Below are positions 9,360 to 21,711 of a stretch of 64,000 nt of DNA, piece by piece. Made by a program: the position numbers and the translations under genes. A model generated the notes under the pieces. The model did not search any database, had not been told where the DNA came from, and saw only the letters and a list, made by a program, of their open reading frames with translations. This DNA comes from Candidatus Latescibacterota bacterium (GTDB taxonomy: Bacteria; Latescibacterota; UBA2968): assembly GCA_965204745.1 (NCBI GenBank), contig OZ242010.1, positions 992,001-1,056,000 of the forward strand, read 5' to 3'. Numbering within the stretch: the first letter of the stretch is position 1; the number at the start of each line of letters is the position of its first letter.

Positions 9360-11117
9360 TTATGCACTAACTTCTTCCCCATCTTCCTTGGAAAATGCGT
9401 GGGTGATGCGTGCGCGAATTTCTGCGATTACATGCATGGTGAGCACGTCTTCGGCGAGAGATTGGAGTTGGTCAAAGGACGCGGCGCGGATGGCGCGTTT
9501 GACCTCGGGCAAGGCCGAGGGCGTCATGGAGAGTTTATCTATTCCCATGCCCATCAGCAACAGGCCGGAATGCGGGTTGCCCGCCATCTCGCCGCACACG
9601 GTCACGGGGATTTGTTGCGCGTGCGCCGCGTCGATCACGCGCTTGATCAAGCGCAAGACCGCAGGGTGAAATGGCTCGAACAAATAGGCCACGAGATCAT
9701 TGCCGCGATCAACCGCGAGCGTGTACTGGATCAGGTCATTGGTGCCAATGCTAAAAAAATCGACCTCTCGCGCCAATTCATCGGCCACTAGCGCGGCGGA
9801 AGGGACTTCGATCATGACGCCGATGGGACAGCGGTCGTCGAAGGGCACGCCATCTCGCGTCAATTCATCGCGCACCTCGGCGAGCACGGACAGGGCCTCG
9901 CGCAATTCATCGACCCCAGAGATGAGCGGGAGCATGATCTTCACATTGCCGACGACACTCGCTTTGAGGATGGCGCGCAACTGGGTTTTGAACAGATCGC
10001 GGTGCCCCAAGGTCAAGCGGATGGATCGGAGGCCCAAAAAGGGATTCATTTCCGGTTGCGTGTTGAGCACATGCGACATTTTATCGCCGCCCAGATCCAG
10101 GGTGCGAATCACGAGCGGTTGCGGCGCGATGCGCTCGGCCATTTGCGAATACGCGGCGGTTTGTGCCGCTTCATCCGGCAAGCTGTTTTGCGCGAGATAG
10201 AGGTATTCCGTGCGGTACAAGCCCACGCCCTCTGCGCCGTAGGTCAATGCGGAAGACACTTCATTGGACAATTCCACGTTGGCCTGCAATGCGATGCGAA
10301 CCCCATCCGTCGTCTCGGCGGGCAGGTCCCGGGAATCCGCGAGGCCGGCCTTGCGCGCCCTGAGTGCTTCGGACAAGCGGCGATACTGGGCGAGGGTTTT
10401 TTTGTCGGGATTGAGAATAAAACGCCCGCGCCGACCATCTACGATAGCCAGATCGCCCATGCGCGCTTCTGCCAACGCATCGACCACGCTGACCACCGCG
10501 GGGATTTCCAGGCCACGCGCCAAAATGATCGCGTGCGACGTGGGGCCGCCGACTTCTGTGACCAGGCCCGAGACCGTATCGGGTTGCAGATGTGCCATAT
10601 CGTCGGGCATCAAATCGCGTGCCACCACGATTGCCTTGTGGGGCAGGCGGTCTAACCCGGCTTTTTCCCAGTTGCACAATTTCGCCAAAACCCGCTTTTC
10701 AATGCCCAACAAATCCGCGCCGCGCTCGCGCAAATAATCGTCTTGAATCGCTTCAAATTGGCGGCGCAAATTTTGGAAGGTCGTCCAAAAGGCGTATTCG
10801 GCATTGTACGCCTCGTCCCGAATGCGCGCAATGGTGGGGTCGAGGAGGGCCGCGTCTTGCAAAATGAGCAGGTGCGCGTCGAAAATCTGCGCGTGTTCCT
10901 TGCCGAGCATGTCCTCGACATGCGCCCGCGTGGCCGCAAAATCCTCGGCAACCGCCGCTATCGCGTCTCGCAATCTGGCTTCTTCTGCGGGAATATCGGG
11001 GGGATGCACCCGGCGTTGATCCACGAGAAATTCCTCGGGATCGTAGCGGTACACCGGCCCAATCGCAATGCCGGGAGAAGCCTGGATGCCCGTAAAATGT
11101 TTCATTCGTTCAGTCAA
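9360..11117 (-). CDS. ptsI: PEP-protein phosphotransferase (PTS enzyme I)
   Basis: GGPTSHAIILAR phospho-His, GVGLYRTE, NPFLGLR, DFFSIGTNDL, CGEMAG. Confidence 0.97.
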   Translation of the reverse strand: MTERMKHFTGIQASPGIAIGPVYRYDPEEFLVDQRRVHPPDIPAEEARLRDAIAAVAEDFAATRAHVEDMLGKEHAQIFDAHLLILQDAALLDPTIARIRDEAYNAEYAFWTTFQNLRRQFEAIQDDYLRERGADLLGIEKRVLAKLCNWEKAGLDRLPHKAIVVARDLMPDDMAHLQPDTVSGLVTEVGGPTSHAIILARGLEIPAVVSVVDALAEARMGDLAIVDGRRGRFILNPDKKTLAQYRRLSEALRARKAGLADSRDLPAETTDGVRIALQANVELSNEVSSALTYGAEGVGLYRTEYLYLAQNSLPDEAAQTAAYSQMAERIAPQPLVIRTLDLGGDKMSHVLNTQPEMNPFLGLRSIRLTLGHRDLFKTQLRAILKASVVGNVKIMLPLISGVDELREALSVLAEVRDELTRDGVPFDDRCPIGVMIEVPSAALVADELAREVDFFSIGTNDLIQYTLAVDRGNDLVAYLFEPFHPAVLRLIKRVIDAAHAQQIPVTVCGEMAGNPHSGLLLMGMGIDKLSMTPSALPEVKRAIRAASFDQLQSLAEDVLTMHVIAEIRARITHAFSKEDGEEVSA

Positions 11118-11382
11118 ATTCCGACTCGATCATTTTGGCGAGGTGATCCACGGCGGCGGGGGCGTCTTCGCCTTCGGCTCGCACGGTGATCACAGAACCC
11201 GCTTCTGCTGCCAACATCATCACGCCCATGATGCTCTTGCCGTTGATTGCGAGGCCATCTTTTTCCAAGGTGATTTCGGCAGTGAATTTGGCCGCCGCCT
11301 GCACCAGCAATGCCGCAGGTCGGGCGTGAATGCCCAGTTCGTTTTTAACGCTTGCCCGTTGTTCTGGCATGAAATACGTCAC
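11110..11382 (-). CDS. ptsH: Phosphocarrier protein HPr
   Basis: GIHARPA (His15) and NGKSIMGVMML (Ser46). Confidence 0.96.
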   Translation of the reverse strand: MTYFMPEQRASVKNELGIHARPAALLVQAAAKFTAEITLEKDGLAINGKSIMGVMMLAAEAGSVITVRAEGEDAPAAVDHLAKMIESEFD

Positions 11383-11409
11383 CTTCCGCTCATTGGGGTC
11401 AGTTTGTTT

Positions 11410-12300
11410 TTACTCATCGGCGATTAGGTTCAAGACCTGCTCTTCGCCTTGGATATGGCCTGCGCCGCCGATTTTGGTACACGTTAGGGCCGCGCTCGCG
11501 CTGGCGAATTGCACGCTGCGCGTGAGGGTCCAGCCCTGCAAATACCCGTAGATGAGGCCCGCGCGAAACGCATCGCCCGCGCCGGTGGTCTCGCGTGCAG
11601 AGACTTGGTACGCCCGTTGTTCAAAGCTGTTGCCGTTTTCCTGAAAAACCTGACTGCCCAATTTTCCCCTGGTGATCACCACGGTTTCCACGCCTGCTTT
11701 CAACAGCCCGACCGCCACATCTGCGGGCGTGCCCATCCTGTGGCGGCGCATGTACCCGGCCGAATTGATCACCACGTCGCAGAATTTTGCGAGTTGGTGA
11801 TCGGGCGCCAGCTCGATGGCAAATACCGTCACATTGCATGCCCGCGCGGTCCGTGCGGCGCGGATCGCATTTTCGCCCAAAAAGGGATCGACCGATAGCA
11901 GGGCGACGCCTTCGAGATCTGCTTCGGTCAATGGGCGGCTACGCACGTCCAAAGCATGCCCGCAAATCGTCCGACCGCCATTGACGTCTGACAGGATGAC
12001 GGTGTGCCCGGTGCGAACGCTTGGCTCGATATCCAACTTGCGGATATCCACATTGGATTGACGCATGGCGCGCAGGAAAAACGCGCCCCTGCGGTCCTCG
12101 CCAATCGCGCACCCCATCAACCGCACGTCAACGCCCAATCCGCCCAGGGTCACCGCTGTGTTGGTCGCTTCGCCGCCGACGAACTCCTCGTCTCGCAACG
12201 CACGCGTGTGCCCATTGCGCTCGGGAAACCACGACACTTGAACAATTTGATCGATACCCAAAATACCGTAACACAAAACTGCGCCAGATGAAATCGCCAT
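11410..12300 (-). CDS. PfkB/ribokinase-family carbohydrate kinase
   Basis: GGEATNTA and ETTGAGDAFRAG signatures. Confidence 0.88.
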   Translation of the reverse strand: MAISSGAVLCYGILGIDQIVQVSWFPERNGHTRALRDEEFVGGEATNTAVTLGGLGVDVRLMGCAIGEDRRGAFFLRAMRQSNVDIRKLDIEPSVRTGHTVILSDVNGGRTICGHALDVRSRPLTEADLEGVALLSVDPFLGENAIRAARTARACNVTVFAIELAPDHQLAKFCDVVINSAGYMRRHRMGTPADVAVGLLKAGVETVVITRGKLGSQVFQENGNSFEQRAYQVSARETTGAGDAFRAGLIYGYLQGWTLTRSVQFASASAALTCTKIGGAGHIQGEEQVLNLIADE

Positions 12301-12374
12301 AACAGTACTCTCGCATAAAAAAACCGTCGGCAAAGACGGTGAGACCATACCCTAATGAAAAAATAAAAATGAAC

Positions 12375-13124
12375 TCAGCCGAAATGGTGAATGGCAGAGG
12401 CAAACGCGCCGATGAGCGCGGCGTCCCAACCGGTTTCTTCAAACGCGCTGCCGACCACCACAAAAGACGCGCCGCGTGCGACCCGGTTGGCAGCGGCTTT
12501 GGGATCGCGGATGCCGCCGCCGACGATGATGGGGATGGTGATGTAGTCGCACACCGCGCGCACCATCGCTTCGGGCACCATCCGCTTTGGCCCACTGCCG
12601 GCATCTAAGTACACGCATTGCATGCCCAAATACTCGGCTGCCAGGGCGTGCGCCATCGCGATATCGGGCTTGTCGCGGGGCAAGGGCCGGGTGTTGCTCA
12701 CGTACTCGGTCGTGGTCTGTTGCCCGGTGTCTATGAGCGCGTAGCCGGTGGCGATGGCTTCGATGCCGTGCGCTTTTAACCTGGGCGCGGCCTTGACGTG
12801 TTGCCCGATCAGCAACTCGGGGTTGCGCCCGCTGATGAGCGACAAAAACAAGATCGCGTCGGCAGCTGCCGAGATTTGGCTGGTATCCCCGGGGAAAATG
12901 ATCACCGGCACCGCCACGGCCCGGGCGACCTCGCGCACCATGCGGTCGAAATTGGCGGAAAACAAGAAACTCCCGCCGATCAAAATGGCGTCTGCGCCCT
13001 GTGCTTCGCAAATAGCAGCCGTGCGCGCCAAATCCTTCTTGTCGAGGCGGTCCGGATCCAGATAGGGCAAAAACCCCGCGCCTCGGCGGTTGCGAACACC
13101 CATCAGTTGTTCAAATACCGACAT
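12375..13124 (-). CDS. Geranylgeranylglyceryl/heptaprenylglyceryl phosphate synthase (group II-like)
   Basis: LDPDR, ILIGGS, SLISGRNPELLIGQH, YLDAGSG, IVGGGIR. Confidence 0.9.
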   Translation of the reverse strand: MSVFEQLMGVRNRRGAGFLPYLDPDRLDKKDLARTAAICEAQGADAILIGGSFLFSANFDRMVREVARAVAVPVIIFPGDTSQISAAADAILFLSLISGRNPELLIGQHVKAAPRLKAHGIEAIATGYALIDTGQQTTTEYVSNTRPLPRDKPDIAMAHALAAEYLGMQCVYLDAGSGPKRMVPEAMVRAVCDYITIPIIVGGGIRDPKAAANRVARGASFVVVGSAFEETGWDAALIGAFASAIHHFG

Positions 13125-13129
13125 GGGGG

Positions 13130-15741
<2,612 letters not shown>

Positions 15742-15745
<4 letters not shown>

Positions 15746-16251
15746 TTTTCCTCAACCTCTTCACTTTCGATAGTCGTCCACACTTTTTCGGCCACCTCTC
15801 GCGCGATGGACGCGTCGAACCCCCTGCGGCCCAAAAACCCGTATATCCGCCCCATGGCGCGTTCGCGGGACAAGCCCCGGTAGCGATTCGCCCTGGGCAT
15901 CATCAAACCGAGTGCCATATCTTCGACATCGACATCGGAGAGAGCGTCGTCCAAAACGCAGTCAATTATTTTGGAGGGAACGCCCCTGCGCTTGAGATCG
16001 AACGCAAGCCCCCTTCGGCCCGCGGGGCGCGACCGCAATCGCCGTGCGACGAATTGACGCGCGAACACCGCATCGTCGATCAAATCGAGCCGCTCGAGTG
16101 TGGCGAGGGTTTGGTCGATGGCGCGGCGTGCATGCCCGCGGGCCGCGAGTTTGTCGCGGATCTCCTTTTGGGTATATGCGCGGTTGCCGAGCAGGCGCAG
16201 GGCATACGCCTTGGCCTTTTCGACTGACTCGTCGGTCTCAAACAATTTCAC
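15742..16251 (-). CDS. recX: Regulatory protein RecX
   Basis: ALRLLGNRAYTQKEIRDKL, IDDAVFA, LKRRGV, LGRRGF; directly downstream of recA; start codon uncertain (GTG). Confidence 0.88.
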
Positions 16252-16346
16252 GGCGACCCCCGCATAAAAAAGAACAACAGAGCGGGTATAAAATAGGCAA
16301 ACCCACTCTGTTGTCAAAGCCTAAAATGCGATTTTTTGGACGGGAC

Positions 16347-17408
16347 TCAAGCGGATTCGGGTTCGAGTTGGAATGCCGGATCGACGGGCAGGCCCACGAT
16401 CTCGCGCACTTGGCGTTCGATTTTTCCGGCCAGGTTCGCGTTTTCTCTGAGGCGCCGCTTGACATTTTCGCGCCCCTGCCCGAGCCGCTCGTCGCCATAA
16501 GAGAACCACGTCCCGCTCTTTTTGACGATGCCGTGCAATTCGGCCATGTCGATGAGGCTGCCTTCTTTGGAAATGCCCTCGCCGAACATCAGATCGACTT
16601 CGCAATCTTTGAAGGGCGGCGCCATCTTGTTTTTGACCACGCGAATCCGCACGCGATTGCCGATGACTTCTTGCCCGTCTTTGATGGAGCCGATGCGCCG
16701 AATGTCTAGGCGCACCGACGCGTAAAACGGAAGGGCCCGCCCGCCCGTGGTCGTTTCCGGGTTGCCGAACATCACGCCGATCTTCATGCGGATCTGATTG
16801 GCAAAAATCAGACAGGTTTTTGATCGACTGATGGGGCCGGTCATTTTGCGGAGGGCTTGCGACATCAGGCGAGCGTGGAGGCCCATGTGCGAATCGCCCA
16901 TTTCGCCTTCGAGTTCGGCGCGCGGCACGAGCGCGGCCACAGAGTCTAGGGCCACGACCTCAAACGCGCCGCTTCGCACGAGGGTATCGGCAATTTCCAG
17001 GGCTTCTTCGCCGGAATCGGGCTGGGCGATCAGCAAATTTTCGAGATCGACACCCAGGCGTTCGGCCAATTCCACATTCAAGGCGTGTTCGGCATCGACA
17101 AATGCGGCCACGCCCCCGCGCTTTTGCGCTTCGGCGATGATGTGCAAAATCAGGGTGGTCTTGCCCGATCCTTCGGGGCCAAATATCTCGACCACGCGGC
17201 CGTAGGGAACGCCACCTGCGCCCAAGGCCACGTCGAGGCTCAAAGACCCTGTGGGGATGACATCGGTCGTGAAGGGTTCGGCCTCTTCGCCGGCCAAGCG
17301 CATGATCGAGCCTTGCCCAAACTGCTTTTCGATTTGGGCAATGGCATTGTCAATGGCTTGTTGCTTGCCCTCGACTTGTTGCGGTTTCTTCGTCCGTCGT
17401 TTCGCCAT
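16347..17408 (-). CDS. recA: Recombinase RecA
   Basis: [38 protein letters not shown]. Confidence 0.99.
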   Translation of the reverse strand: MAKRRTKKPQQVEGKQQAIDNAIAQIEKQFGQGSIMRLAGEEAEPFTTDVIPTGSLSLDVALGAGGVPYGRVVEIFGPEGSGKTTLILHIIAEAQKRGGVAAFVDAEHALNVELAERLGVDLENLLIAQPDSGEEALEIADTLVRSGAFEVVALDSVAALVPRAELEGEMGDSHMGLHARLMSQALRKMTGPISRSKTCLIFANQIRMKIGVMFGNPETTTGGRALPFYASVRLDIRRIGSIKDGQEVIGNRVRIRVVKNKMAPPFKDCEVDLMFGEGISKEGSLIDMAELHGIVKKSGTWFSYGDERLGQGRENVKRRLRENANLAGKIERQVREIVGLPVDPAFQLEPESA

Positions 17409-17469
17409 CGGCGTCTCTCCTTACAAAAGGGGGGATTGCGGCGTAGCTCACCTCGTTTTCGCCGCAGAC

Positions 17470-17498
17470 AATATAGTGAACATTTGTGTAGAAGTCAA
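17470..17498 (-). promoter_or_regulatory. sigma70-type recA promoter with palindromic operator (putative SOS box) in spacer
   Basis: Minus strand TTGACT-N17-TATATT; spacer contains TACACAAATGTTCA (imperfect palindrome). Confidence 0.6.
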
Positions 17499-17971
17499 GG
17501 AATATTTACCACCATCGACAACCCGCGCAAAATCAGGTGCCCGTAAATGCCCGCGATGACGTCGTCTGCCACGATGCCCCATCCTCCGGGCAATGCCTCG
17601 GCCTGTCGGGCCGGCGGTGGCTTGACGATATCTAAAATGCGAAACGCGACAAACCCCACAATCCCCATGAACGCGGATTGCGGCAACAAGCTCACCGTGA
17701 CGAAAAACCCGAGAAACTCGTCGATCACCACGTATTTGGGGTCTTTGCCCCAGGCTTTCTCACCGGCGCGAGACGCATAAATGCCCACCAAAAACAACCC
17801 GACCAAGAGCGCGCACCACATCCACGCGGTCAGCGGCGGTAGCGAGCAGTAAATCGCCAGTGCCACCAATGACCCCGCTGTGCCGGGGGCGAAAACCGAG
17901 TACCCCGAAAAAAAACCGGTTGCGATCAACCGCACAAAAAATCGCGGTTTGTAAGGTCGGAAATCGGTCAT
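17495..17971 (-). CDS. pgpA: Phosphatidylglycerophosphatase A
   Basis: APGTAGS, KDPKYVVIDEFLG, FRILDIVKP, GIVADDVIAG. Confidence 0.95.
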   Translation of the reverse strand: MTDFRPYKPRFFVRLIATGFFSGYSVFAPGTAGSLVALAIYCSLPPLTAWMWCALLVGLFLVGIYASRAGEKAWGKDPKYVVIDEFLGFFVTVSLLPQSAFMGIVGFVAFRILDIVKPPPARQAEALPGGWGIVADDVIAGIYGHLILRGLSMVVNIP

Positions 17972-18008
17972 GGAAATCTTCGGATTAACAAGCGGCTTAC
18001 GGCTGGCG

Positions 18009-18377
18009 TTATGCCCCAGGGATTGATGCGGCTTCTTTGTTTTGCGTTCCGGGATTTCCGCCAGTATCGCGGCTTGCCATTTTTTTCGTTTCCCGTCTAA
18101 ACGCCAACCAATCGCGTGCTATTGGGGAAAGCGCGAGCGTAATAACGGCTCCCAAAAACCAATAAAAAAAGTTATCAATGCGGTTGTCAATGCTTTCGAG
18201 TTGTCTTTCAATGCGGTCGAGCCTCTTGTCCATTTGCTCAACCGTGCCTATCAACTTGCCGAGTTCTGTTTGGCTTTGCGCTTGATTTTGGCTGACGAGT
18301 TGTTTGGCCTCAAGTGACACCGATGAAACCATCACCGACAAAATACAATACAAGATCAATGTCCGTTTCCCACCCAT
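18009..18377 (-). CDS. Small signal peptide/coiled-coil/TM protein
   Basis: N-terminal hydrophobic segment, heptad stretch MDKRLDRIERQLESIDNRID, then TM; lower GC than neighbours. Confidence 0.7.
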   Translation of the reverse strand: MGGKRTLILYCILSVMVSSVSLEAKQLVSQNQAQSQTELGKLIGTVEQMDKRLDRIERQLESIDNRIDNFFYWFLGAVITLALSPIARDWLAFRRETKKMASRDTGGNPGTQNKEAASIPGA

Positions 18378-18396
18378 ATCATGTCCTTTCTGTGCG

Positions 18397-19038
18397 TCAA
18401 AACGTCTTGCGGTTTTCGATCAAATACCGAACGCCCGAAACCACGGCGACGAGGGTGACGAGAGCCACCAGTGCATTCAAAACCCAATAGGAAATATCGC
18501 CCACGAGCACGATGGGTTGGGCCGCCAATTTGGCCTCGACCACGCGCACGTTGATAAAGACCAGAATGCCGAACACGAGCACGAGTTGTAGCATGGTTTT
18601 CCACTTGGCGAGTTGCGAGGTCACCACGGGCTTGCCGCGCCGAATCGCAAAAATTCGCAACCCGGTGATCACGACGTCGCGCAGGAGCATCGCGCCGATG
18701 AGCCAAGCCTCGATCATGCCCAAGCGCACAAATGCGATCAGGGCCGAAGACACGAGCAATTTATCGGCGAGGGGGTCCATAAAGCGGCCGAAATTGGTCA
18801 CTGTGCCGTCTCGCCGCGCAATGCGCCCGTCGTAAAAATCGGTCAACGAGGCCACGGTAAAGACCAACAGCGCGAGGATTTTGAAATACCAGTTGGCGGC
18901 AAAGATCAGCAGCCAGAACACGGGCGTGAGCAACAAGCGCGACACGGTCAACACATTGGGCACGGTCCACAACCGGTCCGCGGGATGCGGCTTGGGCACT
19001 GTCATGCGGTTCGGCTCTATGGTATTTACTTGGGGCAT
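18397..19038 (-). CDS. pgsA: CDP-diacylglycerol--glycerol-3-phosphate 3-phosphatidyltransferase
   Basis: PNVLTVSR, TDFYDGRIARR...FGRFMDPLADK. Confidence 0.95.
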   Translation of the reverse strand: MPQVNTIEPNRMTVPKPHPADRLWTVPNVLTVSRLLLTPVFWLLIFAANWYFKILALLVFTVASLTDFYDGRIARRDGTVTNFGRFMDPLADKLLVSSALIAFVRLGMIEAWLIGAMLLRDVVITGLRIFAIRRGKPVVTSQLAKWKTMLQLVLVFGILVFINVRVVEAKLAAQPIVLVGDISYWVLNALVALVTLVAVVSGVRYLIENRKTF

Positions 19039-19632
19039 TTAGTACTCCCGACGTCCTTCTAGCGCGCGCGACAAGGTCACTTGATCGGCCAGGGCGAGAT
19101 CGCTACCCACGGGCAACCCGCGCGCAATTTGCGTGACAGACACCTCGTAAGGCGTCAAACACTGAGACAGGTATTGAGCGGTGGCATCGCCTTCAACCGT
19201 TGGGCCATTGGCTAAAATCACTTCGCGGATTTCCCCGTCTCGCAAGCGGTTCAGCAGTTGGGAAATATTTAAATCCTCTGGGCCGACGCCATCCAAGGGC
19301 GAAATCCGTCCGTCCAACACATGGTAAAGCCCGCGATAAAGGCCCGTGCGCTCAAACGCCAGCAGGTCGCCGATAAAATCGATCACCATCACCCTAGCCC
19401 GGTCTCTACGCTCATCGCTACACACGGAACACGGCTCGACCTCGGTCAGATTAAAACAGACTGAACAACGGCGCACACGGGTCTTGACGTCGACCATCAA
19501 ATCGGCGAGGGCACGCACCGCGTCCGTGTCCCACGTCAACATATCCAGCGCGATGCGCCGTGCGGATTTCGCGCCGATCCCGGGCAATCGATTCAAACCG
19601 GCAATCAGTTTTTCAATGGCTTCCGATGCCAT
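19039..19632 (-). CDS. recR: Recombination mediator RecR
   Basis: LPGIGAKSARR HhH, CSVC...CSVC zinc finger, Toprim, ARGLPVG. Confidence 0.97.
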   Translation of the reverse strand: MASEAIEKLIAGLNRLPGIGAKSARRIALDMLTWDTDAVRALADLMVDVKTRVRRCSVCFNLTEVEPCSVCSDERRDRARVMVIDFIGDLLAFERTGLYRGLYHVLDGRISPLDGVGPEDLNISQLLNRLRDGEIREVILANGPTVEGDATAQYLSQCLTPYEVSVTQIARGLPVGSDLALADQVTLSRALEGRREY

Positions 19633-19951
19633 TTGAAACTCCAAATGTCGAAGGATACAAAGCGGTCATGCTCATTTGAATGGGCTTATTGCTATCTCGT
19701 CTCCGTCGCGCCATTGAAGATCGCATCGCGCTTTGCCATCGCGTCTTTGTCGCCTGCAAACGCTCGGTCATACTTTTGACGCAATTCTCGTTCGCGTTCT
19801 TGACGCCCTTGTTCAACTGCTTGTTTAATTTTAATACGCCGCGCCTCAGTCAACCACTCATAGACGAACATGGCAAGGTCTCCTAAAGTTAAATCTGATG
19901 CCATTTGAAACGCCAAACTTTGTGTAAAATAAAAAGCGGTCATGCTCATTT
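19625..19951. repeat. Imperfect ~55-bp direct repeat (19625-19677 and 19897-19951) duplicating the recR 5' region
   Basis: Both copies share gatgccatttgaaac and aaagcggtcatgctcattt. Confidence 0.8.
19692..19904 (-). CDS. Small hypothetical protein
   Basis: Starts MASDL within the duplicated recR start region; charged helical tail EQGRQERERE; alternative start at 19949. Confidence 0.5.
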   Translation of the reverse strand: MASDLTLGDLAMFVYEWLTEARRIKIKQAVEQGRQERERELRQKYDRAFAGDKDAMAKRDAIFNGATETR

Positions 19952-20218
19952 TAGATAGTTCAACAGGCCGATCATCAAAATGCCAATCGCCACGATGAGG
20001 CTGGCGAACCAGGTGAAAAAGGTTTTGACCGCGCTAATATCTGCGCGAATAAACGCCAACTGCTCTAATATTCGTTTATCCGTTTCCTCCACCCGGGTTT
20101 GGCGTTCCCGAAGGTCGGCATGTCCTTGTGCAAGGGTTCGCCGTTCGGTTTCCAAAGTTTTTTGTTGAACTTCTAAAACCGCTTGCTGTTTATCCAGTTG
20201 TTCAATTGTTGCAACCAT
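19946..20218 (-). CDS. Small coiled-coil protein with C-terminal TM (XhlA/DUF1640-like architecture)
   Basis: RBS ggag; heptad repeats then hydrophobic C-terminus FTWFASLIVAIGILMIGLL. Confidence 0.7.
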   Translation of the reverse strand: MVATIEQLDKQQAVLEVQQKTLETERRTLAQGHADLRERQTRVEETDKRILEQLAFIRADISAVKTFFTWFASLIVAIGILMIGLLNYLK

Positions 20219-20282
20219 TGCTACTCCATGGTGAAATGTTGATCGCGCTCATATCGGCGCGGATAAATGCCAATTCAACAAA

Positions 20283-20687
20283 TCACGCGGTAGGGCTTAC
20301 TTCCGGGCTGTTCGCGGTTGCTTCCATTGCCACAGTTTTATCTTTCTTGGGCGTTCTCCAAAGCCCTAACGCATACGTTACAAAAGCCACGACACAGGCC
20401 ACCATAGCACCGAATAAAGCGATGAGCCAGTTGTTCAATGTATCGATTCGATTATTCGTAACTTCGATCAACTTAAGCGTGGCCTGGTGATTCGCCTCCA
20501 TCTGCTTGAGTGTGGCCTGGTGATTCGCCTCAATCTGTTTGCTCAAGGCTTCATATTGAAGTTTCATGGTCGTTTCAAGTATCGCCAATCTTTCTTCAAC
20601 ACTTGGATTGGTTGAAGCAGGAGAGGGATCCCCAAAAGCAACGCCTGAAAACGACATCACAAATACGACCAAAAGTCTCGCTGACAT
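20283..20687 (-). CDS. Signal peptide/coiled-coil/TM protein, tandem copy with 2 x 11-aa repeats
   Basis: RBS gaaaggag; 134 aa; paralog of next two ORFs. Confidence 0.85.
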   Translation of the reverse strand: MSARLLVVFVMSFSGVAFGDPSPASTNPSVEERLAILETTMKLQYEALSKQIEANHQATLKQMEANHQATLKLIEVTNNRIDTLNNWLIALFGAMVACVVAFVTYALGLWRTPKKDKTVAMEATANSPEVSPTA

Positions 20688-20728
20688 GACATACTCCTTT
20701 CTCCACAGATAAATGCCAATTCAACAAA

Positions 20729-21166
20729 TCACGCGGTAGGGCTTACTTCTGGGCTGTTCGCGGTTGCTTTCATTGCCACAGTTTTATCTCTCTTGGGCGT
20801 TCTCCAAAGCCCTAACGCATACGTTACAAAAGCCACGACATAGGCCACCATAGCGCCGAATAAAGCGATGAGCCAGTTGTTCAATGTATCGATTCGATTA
20901 TTCGTAACTTCGATCAACTTAAGCGTGGACTGGTGATTCGCCTCAATCTGTTTGAGTGTAGATTGCTGGACCGTCTCAATCTGTTTGAGTGTGGCCTGGT
21001 GATTCGCCTCAATCTGTTTGCTCAAGGCTTCATATTGAAGTTTCATGGTCGTTTCAAGTATCGCCAATCTTTCTTCAACACTTGGATTGGTTGAAGCAGG
21101 AGATGGATCCCCAAAAGCAACGCCTGAAAACGACATCACAAATACGACCAAAAGTCTCGCTGACAT
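20729..21166 (-). CDS. Signal peptide/coiled-coil/TM protein, tandem copy with 3 x 11-aa repeats
   Basis: RBS gaaaggag; 145 aa. Confidence 0.85.
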   Translation of the reverse strand: MSARLLVVFVMSFSGVAFGDPSPASTNPSVEERLAILETTMKLQYEALSKQIEANHQATLKQIETVQQSTLKQIEANHQSTLKLIEVTNNRIDTLNNWLIALFGAMVAYVVAFVTYALGLWRTPKRDKTVAMKATANSPEVSPTA

Positions 21167-21207
21167 GACATACTCCTTTCTCCACAGATAAATGCCAATT
21201 CAACAAA

Positions 21208-21711
21208 TCACGCGATAGGGCTTACTTCTGGGCTGTTCGCGGTTGCTTCCATTGCCACAGTTTTATCTCTCTTGGGCGTTCTCCAAAGCCCTAACACATA
21301 CGTTACAAAAGCCACGACATAGGCCACCATAGCGCCGAATAAAGCGATGAGCCAGTTGTTCAATGTATCGATTCGATTATTCGTAACTTCGATCAACTTA
21401 AGCGTGGACTGGTGATTCGCTTCAATCTGATTGAGTGTAGATTGCTGGACCGTCTCAATCTGCTTGAATGTAGACTGCTGGACCGTCTCAATCTGCTTGA
21501 GTGTGGACTGCTGAACCGTCTCAATCTGTTTGAGTGTGGCCTGGTGATTCGCCTCCATCTGTTTGCTCAAGGCTTCATATTGAAGTTTCATGGTCGTTTC
21601 AAGTGTCGCCAATCTTTCTTCAACACTTGGATTGGTTGAAGCAGGAGATGGATCCCCAAAAGCAACGCCTGAAAACGACATCACAAATACGACCAAAAGT
21701 CTCGCTGACAT
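21208..21711 (-). CDS. Signal peptide/coiled-coil/TM protein, tandem copy with 5 x 11-aa repeats
   Basis: RBS gaaaggag; 167 aa. Confidence 0.85.
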   Translation of the reverse strand: MSARLLVVFVMSFSGVAFGDPSPASTNPSVEERLATLETTMKLQYEALSKQMEANHQATLKQIETVQQSTLKQIETVQQSTFKQIETVQQSTLNQIEANHQSTLKLIEVTNNRIDTLNNWLIALFGAMVAYVVAFVTYVLGLWRTPKRDKTVAMEATANSPEVSPIA

